64,000 nt of DNA from Tubiluchus corallicola. Lineage: Eukaryota; Animalia; Priapulida. The stretch spans positions 1,004,321 through 1,068,320 of the forward strand of contig JAQGDQ010000028.1 of assembly GCA_030141605.1 (NCBI GenBank), given 5' to 3'. Each line of letters opens with the position of its first letter. The stretch's first letter is position 1. Of this stretch, positions 51,801 to 64,000 are shown one piece after another. Below the pieces are notes generated by a model. It saw only the letters and a list, made by a program, of their open reading frames with translations, had not been told where the DNA came from and did not search any database. The position numbers and the translations under genes were made by a program.

Positions 51801-54235
51801 CCGGAAGGTTGCTAATAAACCAAAACTGGCAATTAAAACAAGACATAACTAGTGTCAAATTTTACACTACAGCAAGCTCTTTCATTAAAAAATCACCATT
51901 TAAACTTGAAAAGGTAATTTTGCTGTACTGCTACAAATGTTTTTGCAACAGAACCCAATAATTTTTTTTATACCAAGACTATAAAAAAATTTAGGAGTCA
52001 TTTTGGTAAACCTCCATTTTCAAGTTAAATAGGTAATTTTATCATTGCCTTTGTCGGACATGAAGGCTTCTGATTTGTTATTTTAAAAGTTATTTAGTCG
52101 AAAATTTGGGAGACCTAGACGGTGCTTAAATTGTACCCCAAATCTAATCTTCGTTTCCCGGATTCAAACAAATGAAATTATTAGTAACTGCATCTTTCTA
52201 ATTAGTTGTAGTGTTTAGCTGAAGAAAAACCAAGAACAGGATATTAAAATATGCACATAATTAAGCAGAATTACATAATGATATTTACAATGATTGAGAT
52301 GATTAAGAAGATTAGTTACACTTGTATGACAACAGTTTTTGACCTATTATATGCTAACAATAAATGGCCTAGCTACGTTTTAGTAAAATAAAATTAGTAC
52401 ATGATATGACAAACATATCTATTAGAAAGTACATTATAATTTAAACATCTGCAATACTACACATTATAACGGTAGGCCATACCTAGTATATCCTTAATAA
52501 GGAGCCTCCGGGAGATTACGCAGCTGGGCAAGCTACTATGTTAACTCAATCTAATACAGGTTTTTAACATATTTTATAGACTTCAGAAGAATCAGAAATA
52601 CAAATAGATAGTTCATTTAACGGGTAATTAGGCAGAAAGCCAAGTAACACCATCTAGGACTTACTCATGTAGAAAAGTTGTATGTTCACTAATGAACCTG
52701 TATGCTGGTGCAGATCCAGGCAACAATGATAAGCAATAAGAATAAATACCGTGCCTCGAGACACTCCATACTGGCACATTTCTTGATAGCTTTTATGGCA
52801 TTTTTTCTATATTTAGCTGTAGTATAATTTTTATTTGTTAATGAATTTGCTACCCCACACCAAAAACAAAGACTGGTAAAATATAACGTTTTTAAATATC
52901 CCTTTTGCCAAGTAGCGCAGATTTAACTTCAAAGCAGTACAGAATGTTTTTGTAAATAAAGTCTCATATATTAATCTTATATTGTCATACCTCCAAAAAT
53001 TTCTGAAAGTCTTCAGAATGTGAGCCTCCTTCTGCCATCCGTGCTCGCTCAGCTTCGTCTAACTGCTCTGCAAATGTTGCTAAGTCGACAGCGGTAAAGT
53101 ACTCTCCCTGCAGCAGGGCATTTAAGCAATGTTGTGCACATAGAGAACCCTCTTGCTAGAGTTAGTAAACACAAATAATAACCCACTTATCAAACTAATA
53201 TAATGTTCACTGTTATATTATTTAAATTATCATATATAGTGTAATTTGTAATTCAGAATGCATGCTGTCTGTGAGTAACATTCTCTATAGACAATGCCCT
53301 ATAGAAAAGAGGGCTGTTTTCATTTATTTGTTAGTGAAAAAATACAATTCCATTTAATTCAATTTTTTGGCATGGGGATTTTAACACAGTGCAAAACATC
53401 TTGAAAACATGAACAGACTTTTTTATACAGTTTGCCACAATGCAAGATAGACACGAACATACAATGGCAATGGATACTACTAATGTTGAATGAGTATGCT
53501 ATCATAAATATTCCATGCAAAACACTGAAATGTGCCTTAGCAACGAGTGATGCCTTAACCATGTGTGGACGTGTATACATCTGCTTTTATCAACAGAATA
53601 TCTGGAGGATTCACGAATTATTTTGATTGCACGTCATTTCAAATGTTTTAATAGCAAAGAACGAAAGCAAGTGTGGCACTGAACTATTTTGGTGTTCGAA
53701 TAAAAAACTCATTCGAACTGAATTGCAACTGGAATGTTCGGTGCTTACCCCAGCTACCACACCATCTATAAATTACTAAAGTTAGAAACTACACTTAAAC
53801 TACAAGAGAGAGTGAATCAGATTCCTGGTTTTTATAAATTACTAATGCCATTACAAAGATTCTCTTATTTAATCTTACTACTATGATATGAAACCACAAC
53901 CAGATCTTCCATTTCTGTGAAACAGGAATTGTTCTACAAACTTCATGACGCTTGTAAACTACATTACTGGACATGTCTCAGATGAGTGAGAGCACTTAAT
54001 TTTGTTACGTATATGGTGCAGCAAAGGGGAGTGTAATGTTACACATTTTGAGAATATAATTATTAAACATATCATTTTGTTTCGAAAACGGCAATCACAA
54101 TCTGGGCGGTTACTGCCATTACAAATACAAAGGTGGTTGTTTTTTAAACATATGATCTTATCTGAAACACATAACATTACGAAAGTTGAGAATAATCATA
54201 GAATTATATACTTTCTCATGAAATATACTCTCCAT
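48850..54235 (-). CDS. ATXN3: Ataxin-3 (Josephin deubiquitinase with 3 UIMs), 8 exons, ~342 aa
   Basis: Exons 54235-54212, 53155-52991, 51811-51675, 51023-50869, 50254-50103, 49713-49620, 49292-49056, 48914-48850 (1029 nt, in frame). MESIFHEK|QEGSLCAQHCLN, GNMDDSGYFSIQV, KDHW, WFNLNSLLTGP (catalytic C/H/N intact); UIMs DLAKALELS, DLKAAVALS, EMLQAAIKLS. The exon 5 donor (gttggg) was chosen for phase. Confidence 0.95.
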
Positions 54236-54487
54236 TTTGTCAATAGTGCTGTCCTCTATTGATGTTCTTACTAACAAACAAATTTGGTTGATTATTACAT
54301 CTAATGTTTTCACTTTCACAGCTCTTTGACATTTCTAAATTTTAAATATTAATTTTTATTCGAAAATTTTGTTTACCAGCACAAATAGTGCAGTCATTTG
54401 TGTTAGCGCCACATTAAAATTAATAATTATGAACCTCATTCCAAGGTGCTATCATCACCTGGGAACTGTGAACCAGGATATCACAGT

Positions 54488-54498
54488 GGGAATTTCCC
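54488..54498. promoter_or_regulatory. Consensus NF-kB site GGGAATTTCCC between the divergent ATXN3 and Rel genes
   Basis: Fits GGGRNWYYCC on both strands; TGTTTAC (forkhead-like) at 54504-54510 and a GTAAGT donor at 54518 suggest a Rel non-coding first exon. Confidence 0.6.
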
Positions 54499-55574
54499 GA
54501 GTGTGTTTACTTGTTGCGTAAGTAGAGATTGAATAGTCAAACCCATTCAGAGCAGGTGTAACTGCAGTAGAGGTAGCGCGTGTGGACGCTGTGATTTTTA
54601 CTACCATAACTTGTTAGTGGCTAGTTAAATTTTGAGTTTGGATGTATTGGTATAGTGGAAAATTTCATTATCATAATAACAATACGTCAACAGTAGACTT
54701 ATACTTATAGGTACAATAATTATGATGGCAAAACCAATCACTAATTAAACGATATTATAGCAGTATAATACGTATAATTTATTATAGTATGGTTATTATA
54801 TTATGATAAATAATTTATGACTATTACTCTTATTATAGTAGGTATTATTTTGTAAGTTACCTTATTTATTAAAAATGAATCAACGTGATTATTACACTAT
54901 AGTTTATAAATATCTTTTTTCATCCGCTTTGCATAGACTACGTCAGATCTGATACATAATGAAGAACATTCTTGCAGTCGGCTTAATGTAATATTACCTA
55001 TATAATAATGTAATATTTTATTTCATTTCGAAAGATAAAATTTCATTTTACAGTTCAGTATTGTTTGTATTCTGAATTATGGGGCACCATAATCTTTTCA
55101 GTGTTTAGGGGCTTATGGGATCTTAATTCGACCTTGTGATTAAACTTGCAAAAACTGAAATGAGTGATTTTTGCCACAAAATTTACATTGCTTTTTTATT
55201 TTATCATTCCCCATACCTGTCAGTAGTTTGACTAGAGTTTTGAGGAATGATGGTCAAATTATTAATTATAATAATTAAACATAAATTATAATTATTATTA
55301 AATATTACATTAATTATGAATTGTTTATCAAAGCCTGGTTCGAGTAGTTGAATTTTCGGTTTTTCCTATATCTATAGCTTTAATGCTTTGTAGTGAGTTG
55401 CAAAGTTGATGAAAAACTCAATTGTCTTCTGGCTTCTACTGCTCCACCTAGAGGTACTGAAATTTGCTGTACCAGTATACGTGGCCTAGGCTTCATTGTT
55501 TTGTCTTTTGTTATGTGTATATAATATACTTATAATATGTATTTTATAATAAAAATAATGTATTTGTATTATAA

Positions 55575-55578
<4 letters not shown>

Positions 55579-55614
<36 letters not shown>
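55579..55614. repeat. (TA)n microsatellite
   Basis: Directly visible. Confidence 0.92.
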
Positions 55615-55617
<3 letters not shown>

Positions 55618-55708
55618 CTTTTATTATTGCTTTGACACAATAATTTCTTTTGCATATGTCACACACTGTCACACTCTCTTAAGAGTACAGCCTAGTACCA
55701 GAGGTATT

Positions 55709-56076
55709 CAGTGGCATAGCTAATAGGGGAGCAATCGCTCCCCAAGTACATTTTTCAAAATTGGTGCCTTTTCAAAAGCGTCATGATTCATTCATTTTGT
55801 TTTCATTTTATGTTTAAAATTGAAATAATTAAATAACAAACCAGTTTTTATTATGTTTTGAGATTTATGAGCTTACTGTAAAACTTTTTAACATGTTTTA
55901 ATTTTAAATATGAAATGACAATTATGTATCCCTTAAAACTGTGTCTTCCTCATGTTTTGAATTTAAACATGAAATTAATCATATAATCAATACATTAAAA
56001 ATTGTTTGGCATTTGTCACGGTGCCTTTTTTGTATGTGCTTGCTCCCCCTAAATTTAGAACCTGGTTATGCCCCTG
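55709..56076. mobile_element. Non-autonomous hAT element
   Basis: 8-bp TSD GAGGTATT at 55701-55708 and 56077-56084; TIRs CAGTGGCATAGC / GTTATGCCCCTG. Confidence 0.85.
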
Positions 56077-56475
56077 GAGGTATTCATTTTAAGGATGTAT
56101 TTTTTATACAGGGCACCACTGTCTTGACATGGATTCGAGCACTCAGTAAAGGGGCTTACTCATGTAGCTAGTTGTGGTAGGACTGATTATCAAAGTTAAT
56201 TTGGCAAGATGAGATTTGGTAACTGAGAAAGAATTTTGTGCGATGAACATTCAGAATCAGTATGGCAAATCAAACCGCCCAGAGCGAGTATTGAACCTGG
56301 CAGTCACCGTGTATTCACTGCCAACCTCGCTGTTACTTAATTTTGGTTGCTAAGGCTAACATTGTCACCATTCTCCATTCCTCTTGTTTATGTAATCTTG
56401 TGTGATTCCTATTTAGCCTGAATATTTATAAGCAGTATTAATCAATTGTGACTTATATTCCCACCAGGTTGCACA

Positions 56476-59400
56476 ATGCACATGGATAAATTTTCGAATG
56501 GAGTTCCAAAAGTTGTCATTTCAGAACAACCCAGCTCTAGTGTACGATTTCGGTAAGGAGCTGCATATTGAAATTACTATTAATTAATCATTATTCTGAT
56601 AAACTACAGTCTTTGACCAATACTTCTCTTAATGCTTGTTGCTTGTTGCTTAATATTTGCTTGTTGATTATATTTGCCACTATGAAGTGTGGCCCCTGCT
56701 GATGCCCCTTCGCAGAGGCAACTACGTGTATAAAATTATTGGTTCTATCTGTGTGTAATGGCTGTGAGTCTGTAGCTAGCTTTCTTGGCCATTTTTCGAT
56801 CGAAATGAATATCCCTGAAATCCACAGGATTCTTGAATCCAACAAACACATTGGAGCCATCCTGAAATGTAATTTCACCTAGGAAATTCACAGGATGTAA
56901 AATGATAAAAATCATTTTAGTAGTCAACAGACACTGATCAGTAGTCAACAGACACATTTATGAGACATCACTAAGATGTATTGGAGGAGCATGAGTTCTT
57001 CGAGTTGCTGCTCCAAACATACCCTTCAAAATTCCAGGCTGTATGAGTGTACAAGGCTTCCACACTAAATTTTGAGGGCATAATAAATTCTGTATTCGTT
57101 TCAGCACTACTTTTATGTAATAAATTGTACTGTGGTATTATTCTGTCTTTGCACCCCTAGTTGAAGGTTATATACCACCCTGTATGCCTTCAGAATAGCT
57201 CTTTTCTGTTAATCACATGTTAATATACATCAGTTTCTAAGTGTAAACTTGTTCCCTCTTCTATCCTTGAGCTGCTTCTCTATTCAGTTTTCTGCAAGTT
57301 TTGGATTATCTTCTGATTATAAGGTGAATTTTAAATTTAGAGAAGCCAAACTGCGAAAGTGTGTTTAAAAAGTGGGTACTTTTTTTACTAGAAAATTCTC
57401 ACTAAGCTTTGTCGACAGCAATAACCTAACTATTACTTGATTTGACAGAATTTGAATCACAACAAAATTTTCATCACTTTTTCACTATTTACAAACTCCA
57501 TCTGGTCAATGTTGGCGGTCAGTTGCGACACTGGAAAGTGCTTTTAACAGTCAGCTGACTGCCGTAAATTGTGTGATGTAATTATGTTGTTATCTGTTGA
57601 CTCTTTAATTTTGCGAGTTTATTCTGCATTTAGTTATGAATGCGAAGGTAGATCAGCAGGAAGCATTCCTGGCATAAGTAGTGTCACACCTGATCGTAGA
57701 ACTTATCCCTCCATTCAGGTAAGTCTGCACCTTTTGGGAAGCTATTTACTAATTGTGCACAAAACAGGAATCTACAATGTAGAGTAGAAGTTATTTCTCT
57801 AAAGAAACACTAGCGTTTATTTGTTCCTCTTTCTTATGTTGGCACCATGTTATGCTGAATATTCTATTACAGACATTTTTTAGGGAACTAATGTTGTCAT
57901 TTACTAAATCATCGTTGAACTAACAGATGATAGTGGACATTTAAACTCGGCAGGTGAGTGTATGTTTTTTTTAAAAACGTTCTTTCATTACGTTACCTTT
58001 ATTGGATTTCAGCTGAATAATTTTCAAGGTAGAATACATGTGACGGTATCCTGTGTGACGGCGACAGACAAACCAAAGGCTCATCCTCACAGCTTGGTCG
58101 GCAAGAACTGCAGTGATGGAGTCTGTCAATTTTACCATGACCATCCAATGAATGGCATTATTGAGTAAGTGTTCTTTTATTACACAAATGCACTGGAGGT
58201 TTTTAGGGAATGGAAACACTTTGCATGTATTAGCATAAATAACATTGTTAGAGTCAGTAATATATAATAGTCTCTTTTGATGTGTTAGATGATTTTGTGG
58301 TATGCAAAAGTTAAAATATGTGTAAATTGATCAAACATCCACATTCGGTATTAATTGTTATAATTTTTTTGTACAATTTCTTATATTTTGTGCATAAATA
58401 GCAGGTATTAGTCCTAAATTGTAGCCAAAATGTAAGGTTACGTTTTTTGCGTACTTGTTTGGAAGATTTTGGTGCTACTTATGGAATTCTCAAACAATTT
58501 TCAGTGTGTTAATCTGCTTCTTATGTGAATCTAAATTGTCTAGATAGATATCAAATGTTACTTTCACTAAAAACGGCAAAAATGAGCAAGCTCTTGAAGA
58601 ATTGTCTTTTTTGGCAGTTGACTTTTGACCCACTTTTCTAGACTCTATCTTGTTTTCTACTTCTTTCTTTATCATTTTTAGATCCTTCCTTTATTAAGTG
58701 TCATCGCTTGCCACAGAAAATGTTAAATCCATAGTTAATCTTGAAGCCATCATTGTTTTCAAAATTTTTTTATTCTTTTTTGGATGAGAAGCTTAATATC
58801 CTTAACTGAGCAGAATGGCATTAACCTACTAACTTGCCTGGAATAGTACCGTTATTAGTAAACTTATATTCTACAATAATGCTTTAATAATAATAAAATT
58901 GTTTAATACGGGTGGTGAAATACTAGGTTTAATTTGTGCAGATGGGATGTACTAGTTTGGTTATAAGCCTGCCTTCATTTTTAGTCTGGCACACATGATA
59001 CATCCATTCTAAACTAGCAAATCGTTGAGATTGTTGAAAAAATTCAATTGTTGTTCGTTCGGTTTGGGAGCCTTAACAGAAACTGAGAGACACCTTTTAT
59101 TTACGACTTGGCATGGTGCTTTGGTATAATTTATATTTTGAGAAACAGCACTCATACCAGCTGTTAAAAAGTTTTGATGTTTAGAATAAGCTGTTTCAAA
59201 ATTATTGTTTTGGCTAAGCAAATAAAACAGCTCATACTTAGTTCAGTTCGGTGCTCATGTGTATGTCTTGGGCTCTGTTTGGAATTTATGCTGAAGACTT
59301 AGGCTTGGCTCTTGCTCGATTAGTAAGAAGGCAAAATGATCAGGCTCGGTATTGTTAGTTTAAGATTTGGCACATCACTCAAGTTGTGTCATCATCGTGT

Positions 59401-61731
59401 GCCTACAGGTCTGCAAAGCAAACTTCAGCTTATGTTTAGCAATTTTTTGACAGGTTCCCAGGACTTGGTATCCAGTGTGCTCGGAGAAAAGAAAGAAAGG
59501 AAGCCCTGATGAAGAGGAAGCAAATGAACATCGATCCATTCAGAAGTATATGACTGACAATTATAATTTCAACTACTGTTTTATTCACTATTATCACCTT
59601 TGCCTCCTTTCATGAGTGCTGATATTTTATTTGTCATTTAGATAAACCCAATTAAGGTATAGTAGTCGATTTTTCACGTCCATCACGTGTCTGTCTGTCT
59701 GTCTGACATTTGCCCCATAAGTATATTAGAGAGCAACTAGAGGTAGGCTTAAGTCAAAGTCAGTGAACCAGTGGAATCTTTACATCTTCCTGCATTCGGA
59801 TTCAGATACTTCTCAGAATAGGGATTTGGTAAGAGCTGAATCAATTGCATTGTCAAGAATAATCTCTTATGTTTAAGATGAGACACTGAACCAGCAGAAG
59901 TGTCTCAGCCATGCTTGGATGTATATACATCCTCTCTCAACAAAGGCCTAAATATTTATAAATCAAGGAAGTCAACTTAGCAAATATGGATTTATTTCCA
60001 CAAGTAGCACTGTGTTAAACTCACAAATTTAAACTCCCGTGTCAATTAGAGGATGCAGCCATTTCACTGGTTAAATATCAGTCAATTAATTGACGAAGTC
60101 AATATTAATTTGTTTTTGTTTTGTCTCTTATAATATTGTTGTTTTTCAGGTGGGTTTGATCATGCTGATCAAGCTATAGACGTTACACAAGTTCGACTGT
60201 GTTTCCAAGTTTTACTCCAAACGACTGTTGATGGTCAGCAGAAATGGATACCTATCAAACCAGCTGTTACCCATGTCATTTACGACAGACGTAAGTAGTT
60301 TCTAGTCACTCTTTAATAGCAATAATTGCACATAAAAACCTAGCTAGCATTGAATAAAAAGTTAAAAAAAGGTGGTAAATGCATATATAGGTAAACATCG
60401 GTAATATATTACTGTGCTAATTGTTTTATTTTTCAGAGGGACAGCACAAAAAAGATTTCTATTGAAATTTCTTTGGCCTAACATTTGAATTCAACGAAAA
60501 TTTCACTTTTAGCAATAGTAAACCTAAAAAAATCTAAAATATTAATAAAATTGTTATATGAATTGTAATGTTGATAAATGTCATACTAATAAAATAGTAA
60601 TGAAATTGTTGATTGTTTTTCTTCTTCTGGAATGTTAATTACAATGTGCAATAAATCTATGTAATAGGTTAATCATGTACAGTTTTAGAGCACTAGTTCT
60701 TATGTCTTCCTTTCAGTTGAAAATTCACTTGAACATATTTTATAGTAGCTTTTTTTCCCAATTTACTTTAGGATCAGTTTCTGAATTGAACATTGCCAGA
60801 ATAAGTAGATGTTCAGGAAGTGTCAAGGGAGGTGATGAAATTTACATCCTGTGTGATAAAGTCAGTAAAGGTATGTTTTTAGGACATTCTCCAATTTTTC
60901 AGTTTTCACTTCACATATAAAAACGATGATAATTGCTAGATGTTGATCGGTGTAAAGAAACTATAAACTTCTCTTTATATTGTTTCAGATAACATTGCAG
61001 TACGGTTCTATGAAGAGCAGAATGGTGCTACGTGTTGGATGGAATCTGCAGAAATTTCGTTTGTTCATAAGCAGGTAAGAATTGCTAATTAATGCATTTA
61101 CTTCAAGTAGTGTAAGCTAATGAAAGTGTTGCTTCCCCAGTAATTCACAATAATAGTTGAAGGGGAAGAAAACAGTTTAAAATATATCCCCCAGAACTTT
61201 CCGTACAAAGTTATGCTACTCAGCATTACATTTGCCTGTTTGAAAATCTTATGTAATTGGAAACAAAAATTCTTAATAATTTAAAATGTTTGCACTACCT
61301 GGTAAAACACTACTGTAGCACTGTCCCCAAATGCACGACTGTCTCACAAAAAAGTCTTTTATTGATCTTATCAACAGTATAAAGTAATTTATACTTTTGC
61401 TCAGTTAGGGAAGAGTGGATTATGAATGTTCTGATTGTTTTTCAAATTTTGTTATCTAAACTTTTTTCAAATGATTTACTATTAAAATGCCTGTGCCTAA
61501 TTGCCATTGCAGGAGTTCAAATTTACAAGTTTCATATAGCATTACTGCTAATGCAAGCTCTGTATGCAATAAGAAGTTATGTAAATGATACACATTCAAG
61601 ATATATTTTTAAGCGTATTTGTGAAGAGCATCTTGTCTTTTAAGAATAACTAATGGTGCAGACAGCTAACATAGAGCTCAATTTCAATTTGCCCTCTCTC
61701 TCTCTCTCCCCCTTTCTCCTTCCCTCCCTCC

Positions 61732-61762
<31 letters not shown>

Positions 61763-61764
61763 AC

Positions 61765-61812
<48 letters not shown>

Positions 61813-61822
61813 TTCTCTTCTG

Positions 61823-61878
<56 letters not shown>

Positions 61879-62092
61879 CTAAGGTGTGTGGGTGTCTCTT
61901 TTATTCTTTATTTCTTAAAGCCAAATTATGATTATCTGATTTTATTATTTCAGGTTGCTATGATTGTAAAGACACCACCATATAAAAATGAAAACATAGA
62001 GAAATCTGTTGAAGTTAAAATGAAGCTTTATAGACCTAGCGACAAAGAGGAGAGCACCCCTGTTCCATATCGATACTATGGCTTCTTTGATG
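56476..62092 (+). CDS. REL: Rel-class NF-kB transcription factor (RelA/c-Rel/Dorsal-like), Rel homology domain; 3' part not found in the window
   Basis: Exons 56476-56552, 57634-57718, 58013-58164, 59454-59545, 60150-60290, 60772-60870, 60989-61074, 61954-62092 in frame. EQP..RFRYECEGRSAGSIPG, HPHSLVGKNCSDGVC, FPGLGIQC, VRLCFQV, GSVKGGDEIYILCDKV, VHKQVAMIVKTPPY. RSAGSIPG marks the Rel subclass rather than p105/Relish (PSHGGL). Confidence 0.93.
61694..61873. repeat. (CT)n microsatellite/polypyrimidine tract in a Rel intron
   Basis: About 180 bp of imperfect CT repeat. Confidence 0.95.
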
Positions 62093-64000
62093 GTAACCAT
62101 ATTGTTTACTAGTTTTATATTTTAGTCATGTTAGGCTGCTATATCACGTTACATAACAGTACAATGCACATGATTTCTGTAAACCATCTGGCTTATGGTA
62201 CACTTGAAATTCCCTCTCTACCGTCATTGAAAAGCATTATAATACATTAGTTATAAAATTGTTTACTAATGCTAAGGCAACAAAACAAAATGCCTGGATA
62301 CAGAGGAGATTTGTAATTTTTGCTATAAAAATCTGAATGATTTCCTTGATGAACAAAAAAACAAACTATTCACATAAAGTCATTTTTGATTACCAAAGAC
62401 TTGCTGATGACCTAGTAAACACAGGATAAGGGGTTAAGATAAGGATGAGATTTTATGGCATTTGCGATTTTGAATATTTAGATGTATAAATAAATTGTTC
62501 TCAGCGTTGTTTTAGATTTTATATGTTGTGTCATGTATATATAAGCATATAGAAAACTGTAATGAGATGGTAAAAAAATTGCTAAAGTTTAATAATAAGC
62601 GATATATGAAGAAAATAACGGAATCACTAGAAAATACCACCTATATAATACAGATGCTTATGCATAAACACTAAAAATTTTGGGTCATTCTCTTAGGTCT
62701 TTCCAAAGATACAAAAGTTTTAAGTTTTGTAAACAAATAAAAAATAATAAGTGCCGGAAAAATTTTTGTTAATTACTATTGTTAAAATTTACAGCAAGTG
62801 CTCTATATGCCCACCATTTCTCAATACAAACTAGACTAATGCGTTTCTTCCAAGACCGTTACACATTTCATGGGCGGATCCTGTTTTTGAATTGGAGGGT
62901 CCAAATGTGACCAAGCAGAAAGGCAGATGGGGAGCTCGAGGAAGCCTGAGGTAGTTTCACCAGTCGCTCAGCAACGGGGGTCTGGGAGAAATGCATTATT
63001 GCGCATTTAGGCAATTTTTTTAGTTTTCCAAAGCATACTCGATGATTAAATTTTAGAAATGATGACTAATTTTTTGGACATTTGTGTTTGAGTTTGTAGC
63101 TACAATAATAGTAACTGCTACTACCTTGTGCAACAAATGAGAGTAAATGACATAAAAAATTTGCTCACAAACGCCTTCTATTGTCTTCTTGTTGTCTCTG
63201 CACTATCAGTGTCTTTCTTGTTAGCTTTCTTGCCAGATGACATTTCAGATAATTTTATTAGTCTATGAGTTCTAAGCACCTTGTTGATTGCCAAAATTGC
63301 AATGATTGTTTGTTACATTATTCGGGGAATAAAAAATCCAAGTGTTTTTAAATGAACGTATTAATTCTGTACAATTTCAAATCTTTACATAGCAAATGGG
63401 ATGCTCATTATATTTAATTTTGAAGACCCGTGGACCCTCACTGAATCTGCTTCTGCAGCTTCTCACTTCGTTAGAAAATTTTTGACTTTAGTCCCTCTGC
63501 ATTAAATGGCTTTGTGGCGCTGTCGCACACTTTTCTCTTTAAGGGAATTGCAGATATGGTAGTCCAGATGATTAAATCCCAAGAATTTTTTCCTGTCAGC
63601 AGATTCTTTATTAGTATTTTATTTTTTGTGGTGAAGACCATGATGTAAACTATTTGATTTCTTTCTCATTTTGCTCCATGTATTGAGTGCTTTATACATT
63701 GTTGAACATGACTGTTTTTCAATTGATGATTAGCCGACATTGTTCCGGCATTTATTTTTTAACATGCAAAAGCTTTTCAGCTATAATTTAAAAACTACTG
63801 TATCTATGAACTTGTAAATTTCTCAACCAAAACTTAATACATTATTATGGTATCATGCTTTGAAATTTCAACTTTGTAGGATTTTTGTTTCTAATATTAT
63901 TATAGTTTAATCTTTGGCAAATTTTATTTCATGTACTTGTTAATTATTGCAGTACTAAATTTTAGTGCGCGATAAAATGCAACGATAATGCATATTAACC

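Noticed and set aside
61653-61931. 92-aa Leu/Ser-rich ORF
   Set aside because: Translation of the (CT)n microsatellite.
62869-63455. hAT-like ends (catgggcggatcc ... gaatctgcttctg)
   Set aside because: No matching 8-bp TSD and TIRs too degenerate.

Overview
AT-rich, gene-dense genomic DNA from an invertebrate animal, with spliceosomal introns; the organism cannot be identified from the sequence alone. Exons were assembled by hand from splice sites and protein-family recognition. Left to right: the 3' end of a MARK/Par-1 kinase (+); a complete 3-exon PAXX-like NHEJ factor (-); a complete 17-exon PNPT1/PNPase (+) head-to-head with PAXX (start codons 108 bp apart), carrying a decayed Gypsy element in intron 1 and a nested antisense carbohydrate sulfotransferase-like gene in intron 10; a UCP2/3-like uncoupling protein (-) with a GC-AG intron, a ~70-aa C-terminal extension and a predicted 38-codon uORF; a transposon-rich interval (hAT MITE, decayed L2/CR1 LINE); a complete 8-exon ataxin-3 (-) without polyQ; and, head-to-head with it, a Rel-class NF-kB gene (+) that runs off the window, with a near-palindromic kB site between the two genes. 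The most interesting signals are the UCP uORF and tail, the nested sulfotransferase with both PAPS-binding motifs altered, the invertebrate PAXX with its tiny shared promoter and adjacent LTR, and the kB site in the ATXN3/Rel promoter. No databases were searched; gene names rest on recalled family motifs.
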